This document shows positions 53,441-64,000 of a stretch of DNA of 64,000 nt, piece after piece. Every line of letters begins with the position of its first letter. The stretch's first letter is position 1. The stretch comes from Eledone cirrhosa (Eukaryota): positions 2,480,001-2,544,000 of the forward strand of contig CAXHJY010000096.1 in the NCBI GenBank assembly GCA_964016885.1, in the 5' to 3' direction. The notes under the pieces are model-generated. The model was not told where the DNA came from. It saw nothing but the letters and a program-made list of their open reading frames with translations, and did not search any database. The translations under genes and the position numbers were made by a program.

Positions 53441-56400
53441 TAATTTGTAAAAAAAATCAAGGGGAGATAATTTCCAGCCGTCCAAGGGGAGATAATTTTC
53501 AGCCGTCCAAGGAGAGGTAATTTCTAGCCGTCCAAGGGGAGATAATTTCCAGCCGTCCAAGGGGAGGTAATTTCCAGCCGTCCAAGGGGAGATAATTTAA
53601 AAAAAAAAATCAGGCGGAGATAATTTGTAAAAAAAATCAAGGGGAGATAATTTGCAGCCGTCCAAGGGGAGATAATTTTCAGTCGTCCAAGGAGAGGTAA
53701 TTTCTAGCCGTCCAAGGGGAGATAATTTCCAGCCGTCCAAGGGGAGATAATTTCCAGCCGTCCAAGGGGAGATAATTTTTTTTAAAAAATCAGGCGGAGA
53801 TAATTTGTAAAAAAAATCAGGGGGAGATAATTTGTAAACAAAATCAGGGGGAGATAATTTGTAAAAAAAAATCAGGGGGAGATAATTTGTAAAAAAAATT
53901 AGGCGTAGATAATTTGTAAAAAAAAATCAGGGGGAGATAATTTGTAAAAAAAAATCAGGGGGAGATAATTTCCATCCTTCCAAGGGGATATAATTTCCAG
54001 CCGTCCAAGGGGAGATAATTTCCATCCTTCCAAGGGGATATAATTTCCAGCCGTCCAAGGGGAGATAATTTTCAGCCGTCCAAGGAGAGGTAATTTCTAG
54101 CCGTCCAAGGAGAGATAATTTCCAGCCGTCCAAGGGGAGATAATTTCCAGCCGTCCAAGGGGAGATAATTTCCAGCCGTCCAAGGAGACATATTTTCCAG
54201 CCGTCCAAGGAGAGGTAATTCCTAGCCGTCCAAGGGGAGATAAATTCCAGCCTCCAAGGGGAGATAATTTCCAGCCAGCCAAGGGGAGATAATTTGTAAA
54301 AAAAATCAGGGGGAGATAATTTGTAAAGAAATCAGGGGGAGATAATTTGTAAAAAAAATCAGGGGGAGATAATTTGTAAAAAAAATCAGGGGGAGATAAT
54401 TTGTAAAAAAAAATCAGGGGGAGATAATTTGTAAAAAAAGTCAAGGGGAGATAATTTCCAGCCGTCCAAGGGAAGATAATTTCCAGCCCTCCAAGGGGCT
54501 ATAATTTCCAGCGTCCAAGGGGAGATAATTTCCAGCCAGCGAAGGGGAGATAATTTTTTTAAAAAAATCATTGGGAGATTTGTAAAAAAATCAGGGGGAG
54601 ATAATTTGTAAAAAAAATCAAGGGGAGATAATTTCCAGCCGTCCAAGGGGAGGTAATATCTAGCCGTCCAAGGGGTGATAATTTCCAGCCGTCCAAGGGG
54701 AGATAATTTCCAGCCGTCCAAGGGTAGATAATATCCAGCCGTCCAAGGACATATTTTCCAGCCGTCCAAGGAGAGGTAATTTCTAGCCGTCCAAGGGGAG
54801 ATAAATTCCAGCCTCCAAGGTGAGATAATTTCCAGCCAGCCAAGGGGAGATAATTTGTAAAAAAATCAGGGGGAGATAATTTGTAAAAAAAATCAGGGGG
54901 AGATAATTTGTAAAAAAAAATCAGGGGGAGATAATTTGTAAAAAAAATCAAGGGGAGATAATTTCCAGCCGTCCAAGGGGAGATAATTTTCAGCCGTCCA
55001 AGGGGAGATAATTTCCCGCCAGCCAAGGGAAGATAATATTTAAAAAAATCAGGCGGAGATAATTTGTAAAAAAAATCAGGGGGAGATAATTTGTAAAAAA
55101 ATCAGGGGGAGATAATTTGTAAAAAAAAAATCAGGGGGAGATAATTTGTAAAAAAAATCAGGGGGAGATAATTTGTAAAAAAAAATCAGGGGTAGATGAA
55201 TTGTAAAAAAAAATCAGGGGGAGATAATTTGTAAAAAAAATCAGGGGGAGATAATTTGTAAAAAAAATGAAAGGGGAGATAATATCCAGCCGTCCAAGGG
55301 GAGATAATTTCCAGCCGTCCAAGGGGAGATAATTTCCAGCCGTCCAAGGGGAGATAATTTCCATCCTTCCAAGGGGATATAATTTCCAGCCGTCCAAGGG
55401 GAGATAATTTCCCGCCAGCCAAGGGAAGATAATATTTAAAAAAATTAGGCGGAGATAATTTGTAAAAAAAATCAGGGGGAGATAATTTGTAAAAAATCAG
55501 GGGGAGATAATTTGTAAAAAAAATCAGGGGGAGATAATTTGTAAAAAAAATCATGGGGAGATAATTTGTAAAAAAAAATCAGGGGTAGATAATTTGTAAA
55601 AAAAAATCAGGGGGAGATAATTTGTAAAAAAAAATCAGGGGGAGATAATTTGTAAAAAAAATCAAGGGGAGATAATTTCCAGCCGTCCAAGGGGAGATAA
55701 TTTTCAGCCGTCCAAGGAGAGGTAATTTCTAGCCGTCCAAGGGGAGATAATTTCCAGCCGTCCAAGGGGAGGTAATTTCCAGCCGTCCAAGGGGAGATAA
55801 TTTTAAAAAAAAAATCAGGCGGAGATAATTTGTAAAAAAAATCAAGGGGAGATAATTTGCAGCCGTCCAAGGGGAGATAATTTTCAGTCGTCCAAGGAGA
55901 GGTAATTTCTAGCCGTCCAAGGGGAGATAATTGCCAGCCGTCCAAGGGGAGATAATTTCCAGCCGTCCAAGGGGAGATAATTTTTTTTAAAAAATCAGGC
56001 GGAGATAATTTGTAAAAAAAATCAGGGGGAGATAATTTGTAAACAAAATCAGGGGGAGATAATTTGTAAAAAAAAATCAGGGGTAGATAATTTGTAAAAA
56101 AAAATCAGGGGGAGATAATTTGTAAAAAAAAATCAGGGGGAGATAATTTGTAAAAAAAATCAAGGGGAGATAATTTCCAGCCGTCCAAGGGGAGATAATT
56201 TTCAGCCGTCCAAGGAGAGGTAATTTCTAACCGTCCGAGGAGAGATAATTTCCAGCCGTCCAAGGGGAGATAATTTCCAGCCGTCCAAGGGGAGATAATT
56301 TCCAGCCGTCCAAGGAGACATATTTTCCAGCCGTCCAAGGAGAGGTAATTTCTAGCCGTCCAAGGGGAGATAAATTCCAGCCTCCAAGGGGAGATAATTT

Positions 56401-59400
56401 CCAGCCAGCCAAGGGGAGATAATTTGTAAAAAAATCAGGGGGAGATAATTTGCAAAAAAAATCAGGGGGAGATAATTTGTAAAAAAAATCAGGGGGAGAT
56501 AATTTGTAAAAAATAATCAGGGGGAGATAATTTCCAGCCGTCCAAGGGAAGATAATTTCCAGCCCTCCAAGGGGCTATAATTTCCAGTGTCCAAGGGGAG
56601 ATAATTTCCAGCCAGCGAAGGGGAGATAATTTTTTTTAAAAAATCATTGGGAGATTTGTAAAAAAAATCAGGGGGAGATAATTTGTAAAAAAAATCAAGG
56701 GGAGATAATTTCCAGCCGTCCAAGGGGAGGTAATATCTAGCCGTCCAAGGGTAGATAATTTCCAGCCGTCCAACGGGAGATAATTTCCAGCCGTCCAAGG
56801 GTAGATCATATCCAGCCGCCCAAGGACATATTTTCCAGCCGTCCAAGGAGAGGTAATTTCTAGCCGTCCAAGGGGAGATAATTTCCAGCCGTCCAAGGGT
56901 AGATAATATCCAGCCGTCCAAGGACATATTTTCCAGCCGTCCAAGGAGAGGTAATTTCTAGCCGTCCAAGGGGAGATAAATTCCAGCCTCCAAGGGGAGA
57001 TAATTTCCAGCCAGCCAAGGGGAGATAATTTGTAAAAAAATCAGGGGGAGATAATTTGTAAAAAAAATCAGGGGGAGATAATTTGTAAAAAAAAATCAGG
57101 GGGAGATAATTTGTAAAAAAAAATCAGGGTGAGATAATTTGCAAAAAAAATCAGGGGGAGATAATTTGTAAAAAAAAATCAGGGGTAGATAATTTGTAAA
57201 AAAAAATCAGGGGGAGATAATTTGTAAAAAAAAATCAGGGGGAGATAATTTGTAAAAAAAATCAAGGGGAGATAATTTCCAGCCGTCCAAGAAGAGATAA
57301 TTTAAAAAAAAATCAGGCGGAGATAATTTGTAAAAAAAAATCAGGGGGAGATAATTTGTAAAAAAAATCAGGGGGAGATAATTTGTAAAAAAAAATCAGG
57401 GGTAGATAATTTGTAAAAAAAAATCAGGGGGAGATAATTTGTAAAAAAAAATCAGGAGGAGATAATTTGTAAAAAAAATCAAGGGGAGATAATTTCCAGC
57501 CGTCCAAGGAGAGATAATTTAAAAAAAAATCAGGCGGAGATAATTTGTAAAAAAAAATCAGGGGGAGATAATTTGTAAAAAAAAATCAGGGGGAGATAAT
57601 TTGTAAAAAAAATCAAGGGGAGATAATTTCCAGCCGTCCAAGGGGAGATAATTTTCAGCCGTCCAAGGGGAGATAATTTCCCGCCAGCCAAGGGAAGATA
57701 ATATTCAAAAAAATCAGGCGGAGATAATTTGTAAAAAAAATCAGGGGGAGATAATTTGTAAAAAAATCAGGGGGAGATAATTTGTAAAAAAAAAATCAGG
57801 GGGAGATAATTTGTAAAAAAAATCAGGGGGAGATAATTTGTAAAAAAAATCAGGGGTAGATAATTTGTAAAAAAAAATCAGGGGGAGATAATTTGTAAAA
57901 AAAAATCAGGGGGAGATAATTTGTAAAAAAAATGAAAGGGGAGATAATATCCAGCCGTCCAAGGGGAGATAATTTCCAGCCGTCCAAGGGGAGATAATTT
58001 CCAGCCGTCCAAGGGGAGATAATTTCCATCCTTCCAAGGGGATATAATTTCCAGCCGTCCAAGGGGAGATAATTTCCATCCTTCCAAGGGGATATAATTT
58101 CCAGCCGTCCAAGGGGAGATAATTTTCAGCCGTCCAAGGAGAGGTAATTTCTAGCCGTCCAAGGAGAGATAATTTCCAGCCGTCCAAGGGGAGATAATTT
58201 CCAGCCGTCCAAGGGGAGATAATTTCCAGCCGTCCAAGGAGACATATTTTCCAGCCGTCCAAGGAGAGGTAATTCCTAGCCGTCCAAGGGGAGATAAATT
58301 CCAGCCTCCAAGGGGAGATAATTTCCAGCCAGCCAAGGGGAGATAATTTGTAAAAAAAATCAGGGGGAGATAATTTGTAAAAAAAATCAGGGGGAGATAA
58401 TTTGTAAAAAAAAATCAGGGGTAGATAATTTGTAAAAAATAATCAGGGGGAGATAATTTGTAAAAAAAATCAAGGGGAGATAATTTCCAGCCGTCCAAGG
58501 GGAGATAATTTTCAGCCGTCCAAGGGGAGATAATTTCCCGCCAGCCAAGGGAAGATAATATTTAAAAAAATTAGGCGGAGATAATTTGTAAAAAAAATCA
58601 GGGGGAGATAATTTGTAAAAAAATCAGGGGGAGATAATTTGTAAAAAAAATCAGGGGGAGATAATTTGTAAAAAAAATCAGGGGGAGATAATTTGTAAAA
58701 AAAAATCAGGGGGAGATAATTTGTAAAAAAAATCAAGGGGAGATAATTTCCAGCCGTCCAAGGGAAGATAATTTCCAGCCCTCCAAGGGGCTATAATTTC
58801 CAGCGTCCAAGGGGAGATAATTTCCAGCCAGCGAAGGGGAGATAATTTTTTTTAAAAAATCATTGGGAGATTTGTAAAAAAAATCAGGGGGAGATAATTT
58901 GTAAAAAAAATCAAGGGGAGATAATTTCCAGCCGTCCAAGGGGAGGTAATATCTAGCCGTCCAAGGGGAGATAATTTCCAGCCGTCCAAGTGGAGATAAT
59001 TTCCAGCCGTCCAAGGGTAGATAATATCCAGCCGTCCAAGGACATATTTTCCAGCCGTCCAAGGAGAGGTAATTTCTAGCCGTCCAAGGGGAGATAAATT
59101 CCAGCCTCCAAGGTGAGATAATTTCCAGCCAGCCAAGGGGAGATAATTTGTAAAAAAATCAGGGGGAGATAATTTGTAAAAAAAATCAGGGGGAGATAAT
59201 TTGTAAAAAAAAATCAGGGGGAGATAATTTGTAAAAAAAAATCAGGGGGAGATAATTTGTAAAAAAAAATCAGGGGGAGATAATTTGTAAAAAAATCAAG
59301 GGGAGATAATTTCCAGCCGTCCAAGGGGAGATAATTTTCAGCCGTCCAAGGGGAGATAATTTCCCGCCAGCCAAGGGAAGATAATATTTGAAAAAATCAG

Positions 59401-62400
59401 GCGGAGATAATTTGTAAAAAAAATCAGGGGGAGATAATTTGTAAAAAAATCAGGGGGAGATAATTTGTAAAAAAAAAATCAGGGGGAGATAATTTGTAAA
59501 AAGAATCAGGGGGAGATAATTTGTAAAAAAAAATCAGGGGTAGATAAATTGTAAAAAAAAATCAGGGGGAGATAATTTGTAAAAAAAATCAGGGGGAGAT
59601 AATTTGTAAAAAAAATGAAAGGGGAGATAATATCCAGCCGTCCAAGGGGAGATAATTTCCAGCCGTCCAAGGGGAGATAATTTCCAGCCGTCCAAGGGGA
59701 GATAATTTCCATCCTTCCAAGGGGATATAATTTCCAGCCGTCCAAGGGGAGATAATTTCCCGCCAGCCAAGGGAAGATAATTTTTAAAAAAATCAGGCGG
59801 AGATTGTAAAAAAAATCAGGGGGGAGATAATTTGTAAAAAAATCAGGGGGAGATAATTTGTAAAAAAAAATCAGGGGGAGATAATTTGTAAAAAATATTC
59901 AGGGGGAGATAATTTGTAAAAAAAATCAAGGGGAGATAATTTCCAGCCGTCCAAGGGGAGATAATTTCCCGCCAGCCAAGGGAAGATAATATTTAAAAAA
60001 ATTAGGCGGAGATAATTTGTAAAAAAAATCAGGGGGAGATAATTTGTAAAAAAATCAGGGGGAGATAATTTGTAAAAAAAATCAGGGGGAGATAATTTGT
60101 AAAAAAATTCATGGGGAGATAATTTGTAAAAAAAAATCAGGGGTAGATAATTTGTAAAAAAAAATCAGGGGGAGATAATTTGTAAAAAAAAATCAGGGGG
60201 AGATAATTTGTAAAAAAAATCAAGGGGAGATAATTTCCAGCCGTCCAAGGGGAGATAATTTTCAGCCGTCCAAGGAGAGGTAATTTCTAGCCGTCCAAGG
60301 GGAGATAATTTCCAGCCGTCCAAGGGGAGGTAATTTCCAGCCGTCCAAGGGGAGATAATTTTAAAAAAAAAATCAGGCGGAGATAATTTGTAAAAAAAAA
60401 TCAGGGGGAGATAATTTGTAAAAAAAATCAAGGGGAGATAATTTCCAGCCGTCCAAGGGGAGATAATTTTCAGCCGTCCAAGGGGAGATAATTTCCCGCC
60501 AGCCAAGGGAAGATAATATTTAAAAAAATCAGGCGGAGATAATTTGTAAAAAAAATCAGGGGGAGATAATTTGTAAAAAAATCAGGGGGAGATAATTTGT
60601 AAAAAAAAAATCAGGGGGAGATAATTTGTAAAAAAAATCAGGGGGAGATAATTTGTAAAAAAAAATCAGGGGTAGATAATTTGTAAACAAATATCAGGGG
60701 GAGATAATTTGTAAAAAAAAATCAGGGGGAGATAATTTGTAAAAAAAATGAAAGGGGAGATAATATCCAGCCGTCCAAGGGGAGATAATTTCCAGCCGTC
60801 CAAGGGGATATAATTTCCAGCCGTCCAAGGGGAGATAATTTCCATCCTTCCAAGGGGATATAATTTCCAGCCGTCCAAGGGGAGATAATTTCCCGCCAGC
60901 CAAGGGAAGATAATTTTTAAAAAAATCAGGCGGAGATTGTAAAAAAAATCAGGGGGGAGATAATTTGTAAAAAAATCAGGGGGAGATAATTTGTAAAAAA
61001 TAATCAGGGGGAGATAATTTGTAAAAAAATTCAAGGGGAGATAATTTCCAGCCGTCCAAGGGGAGATAATTTCCCGCCAGCCAAGGGAAGATAATATTTA
61101 AAAAAATCAGGCGGAGATTGTAAAAAAAATCAGGGGGGAGATAATTTGTAAAAAAATCAGGGGGAGATAATTTGTAAAAAAAATCAGGGGGAGATAATTT
61201 GTAAAAAAATCAGCGGGAGATAATTTGTAAAAAAAATCAGGGGGAGATAATTTGTAAAAAAAATCATGGGGAGATAATTTGTAAAAAGAAATCAGGGGTA
61301 GATAATTTGTAAAAAAAAATCAGGGGGAGATAATTTGTAAAAAAAAATCAGGGGGAGATAATTTGTAAAAAAAATCAAGGGGAGATAATATCCAGCCGTC
61401 CAAGGAGAGATAATTTTAAAAAAAAATGAGGCGGAGATAATTTGTAAAAAAAAAATCAGGGGGAGTTAATTTGTAAAAAAAAATGAGGGGGAGATAATTT
61501 GTAAAAAAAATCAAGGGGAGATAATTTCCAGCCGTCCAAGGGGAGATAATTTTCAGCCGTCCAAGGAGAGGTAATTTCTAGCCGTCCAAGGGGAGATAAT
61601 TTCCAGCCGTCCAAGGGGAGGTAATTTCCAGCCGTCCAAGGGGAGATAATTTAAAAAAAAAAATCAGGCGGAGATAATTTGTAAAAAAAATCAAGGGGAG
61701 ATAATTTGCAGCCGTCCAAGGGGAGATAATTTTCAGTCGTCCAAGGAGAGGTAATTTCTAGCCGTCCAAGGGGAGATAATTTCCAGCCGTCCAAGGGGAG
61801 ATAATTTCCAGCCGTCCAAGGGGAGATAATTTTTTTTAAAAAATCAGGCGGAGATAATTTGTAAAAAAAATCAGGGGGAGATAATTTGTAAACAAAATCA
61901 GGGGGAGATAATTTGTAAAAAAAAATCAGGGGGAGATAATTTGTAAAAAAAATTAGGCGTAGATAATTTGTAAAAAAAAATCAGGGGGAGATAATTTGTA
62001 AAAAAAAATCAGGGGGAGATAATTTCCATCCTTCCAAGGGGATATAATTTCCAGCCGTCCAAGGGGAGATAATTTCCATCCTTCCAAGGGGATATAATTT
62101 CCAGCCGTCCAAGGGGAGATAATTTTCAGCCGTCCAAGGAGAGGTAATTTCTAGCCGTCCAAGGAGAGATAATTTCCAGCCGTCCAAGGGGAGATAATTT
62201 CCAGCCGTCCAAGGGGAGATAATTTCCAGCCGTCCAAGGAGACATATTTTCCAGCCGTCCAAGGAGAGGTAATTCCTAGCCGTCCAAGGGGAGATAAATT
62301 CCAGCCTCCAAGGGGAGATAATTTCCAGCCAGCCAAGGGGAGATAATTTGTAAAAAAAATCAGGGGGAGATAATTTGTAAAGAAATCAGGGGGAGATAAT

Positions 62401-64000
62401 TTGTAAAAAAAATCAGGGGGAGATAATTTGTAAAAAAAATCAGGGGGAGATAATTTGTAAAAAAAAATCAGGGGGAGATAATTTGTAAAAAAAGTCAAGG
62501 GGAGATAATTTCCAGCCGTCCAAGGGAAGATAATTTCCAGCCCTCCAAGGGGCTATAATTTCCAGCGTCCAAGGGGAGATAATTTCCAGCCAGCGAAGGG
62601 GAGATAATTTTTTTAAAAAAATCATTGGGAGATTTGTAAAAAAATCAGGGGGAGATAATTTGTAAAAAAAATCAAGGGGAGATAATTTCCAGCCGTCCAA
62701 GGGGAGGTAATATCTAGCCGTCCAAGGGGTGATAATTTCCAGCCGTCCAAGGGGAGATAATTTCCAGCCGTCCAAGGGTAGATAATATCCAGCCGTCCAA
62801 GGACATATTTTCCAGCCGTCCAAGGAGAGGTAATTTCTAGCCGTCCAAGGGGAGATAAATTCCAGCCTCCAAGGTGAGATAATTTCCAGCCAGCCAAGGG
62901 GAGATAATTTGTAAAAAAATCAGGGGGAGATAATTTGTAAAAAAAATCAGGGGGAGATAATTTGTAAAAAAAAATCAGGGGGAGATAATTTGTAAAAAAA
63001 ATCAAGGGGAGATAATTTCCAGCCGTCCAAGGGGAGATAATTTTCAGCCGTCCAAGGGGAGATAATTTCCCGCCAGCCAAGGGAAGATAATATTTAAAAA
63101 AATCAGGCGGAGATAATTTGTAAAAAAAATCAGGGGGAGATAATTTGTAAAAAAATCAGGGGGAGATAATTTGTAAAAAAAAAATCAGGGGGAGATAATT
63201 TGTAAAAAAAATCAGGGGGAGATAATTTGTAAAAAAAAATCAGGGGTAGATGAATTGTAAAAAAAAATCAGGGGGAGATAATTTGTAAAAAAAATCAGGG
63301 GGAGATAATTTGTAAAAAAAATGAAAGGGGAGATAATATCCAGCCGTCCAAGGGGAGATAATTTCCAGCCGTCCAAGGGGAGATAATTTCCAGCCGTCCA
63401 AGGGGAGATAATTTCCATCCTTCCAAGGGGATATAATTTCCAGCCGTCCAAGGGGAGATAATTTCCCGCCAGCCAAGGGAAGATAATATTTAAAAAAATT
63501 AGGCGGAGATAATTTGTAAAAAAAATCAGGGGGAGATAATTTGTAAAAAATCAGGGGGAGATAATTTGTAAAAAAAATCAGGGGGAGATAATTTGTAAAA
63601 AAAATCATGGGGAGATAATTTGTAAAAAAAAATCAGGGGTAGATAATTTGTAAAAAAAAATCAGGGGGAGATAATTTGTAAAAAAAAATCAGGGGGAGAT
63701 AATTTGTAAAAAAAATCAAGGGGAGATAATTTCCAGCCGTCCAAGGGGAGATAATTTTCAGCCGTCCAAGGAGAGGTAATTTCTAGCCGTCCAAGGGGAG
63801 ATAATTTCCAGCCGTCCAAGGGGAGGTAATTTCCAGCCGTCCAAGGGGAGATAATTTTAAAAAAAAAATCAGGCGGAGATAATTTGTAAAAAAAATCAAG
63901 GGGAGATAATTTGCAGCCGTCCAAGGGGAGATAATTTTCAGTCGTCCAAGGAGAGGTAATTTCTAGCCGTCCAAGGGGAGATAATTGCCAGCCGTCCAAG
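53440..64000 (+). repeat. Non-adjacent >=10.5-kb copy of region ~30650-41210 (offset 22788 bp), itself containing the 8054-bp periodicity
   Basis: Offsets 31139/53927, 33317/56105, 35062/57850, 37377/60165, 39193/61981 and 40873/63661 are all 22788. 53927/61981 = 8054. Confidence 0.92.

Larger units (their letters stand above)
1..64000 (+). repeat. Composite satellite DNA array of two related monomers: A = AGGGGGAGATAATTTGTA(7-11)TC (26-30 bp) and B = AAGGGGAGATAATTTCCAGCCGTCC (25 bp); runs off both window ends
   Basis: Every line of sequence parses into these two monomers or point/indel variants of them, all in the same orientation. I saw no non-repeat insertion. The shared core GGGGAGATAATTT recurs every ~23-30 bp. 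Confidence 0.99.

Noticed and set aside
74-63999. All minus-strand ORFs of 60-191 aa (repeats such as DGWKLSPLGRLEIISPWTAGNYLPL and FFYKLSPPD)
   Set aside because: They are translation artefacts. The reverse complement of the 25-bp B monomer has no stop codon in any frame, giving a 25-aa repeat per three monomers. The same peptides appear in overlapping frames, starts are mostly non-ATG, and A-tract length changes shift frames freely, showing no coding constraint.
1-64000. CRISPR-like appearance (constant repeat plus intervening sequence)
   Set aside because: The constant part is only ~13-14 bp, the 'spacers' are 11-16 bp of just two recurring types rather than unique sequences, and there is no leader or cas gene.
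1-64000. Telomerase-synthesised repeat (25-bp unit with a G-rich strand, as in some budding yeasts)
   Set aside because: Point variants are inherited in kb-scale duplicated blocks, which indicates DNA-level recombination or duplication, not de novo synthesis from one RNA template. The length and two-tail structure do not match telomeric repeats I recognise.
1-64000. G-quadruplex array from GGGG/GGGGG runs
   Set aside because: The G runs are separated by ~21-24 nt, far beyond canonical G4 loop lengths. Long-loop or intermolecular G4s cannot be excluded, but nothing here supports them.
1-64000. Shine-Dalgarno-like GGAG, -10-like GATAAT/TATAAT and terminator-like poly-T (minus strand) motifs
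   Set aside because: They are incidental parts of the monomer. There are no associated genes, -35 elements or GC hairpins before the T tracts.
1-64000. Plasmid or phage iteron array / replication origin
   Set aside because: Iteron clusters have a few to tens of copies next to a rep gene; here there are thousands of copies and no gene.
1-64000. Whole window as a sequencing or assembly artefact (concatemer or rolling-circle product)
   Set aside because: A hierarchical set of shared and private variants and several different periods argue for real evolutionary history. Exact copy numbers of the youngest duplications still need read-level validation.

Overview
The whole 64-kb window is one uninterrupted, head-to-tail satellite (very long minisatellite) array. 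It has no credible gene, RNA gene, mobile element or unique DNA, so it is most likely eukaryotic heterochromatic, centromeric or subtelomeric DNA; I do not recognise the family or the organism. It is built from roughly 2,400 short monomers (64,000 / ~26 bp) that share the core AGGGGAGATAATTT / GGGGGAGATAATTT. Each core is followed by one of two tails: type A (GTA7-11TC, monomer 26-30 bp, mostly 27-28) or type B (CCAGCCGTCC, monomer 25 bp). A and B occur in alternating runs with stereotyped junction monomers. Diagnostic variants reveal nested higher-order structure: 50- and 98-bp multimers, older ~1.7 and ~2.1 kb periodicities, recent near-identical tandem duplications with periods 2239, ~4.0-4.1 kb, 7019 and 8054 bp, and non-adjacent copies at offsets 22788, 31933 and 39987 bp. 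All ORFs in the track are minus-strand read-through of the repeat and are rejected. The most interesting observations are the binary A/B grammar, the T-tract/A-tract junctions whose boundary slides while total length is conserved, a G>T-rich variant spectrum, and an AGATAA (GATA-box) motif in almost every monomer. I found no protein-encoding novel system.
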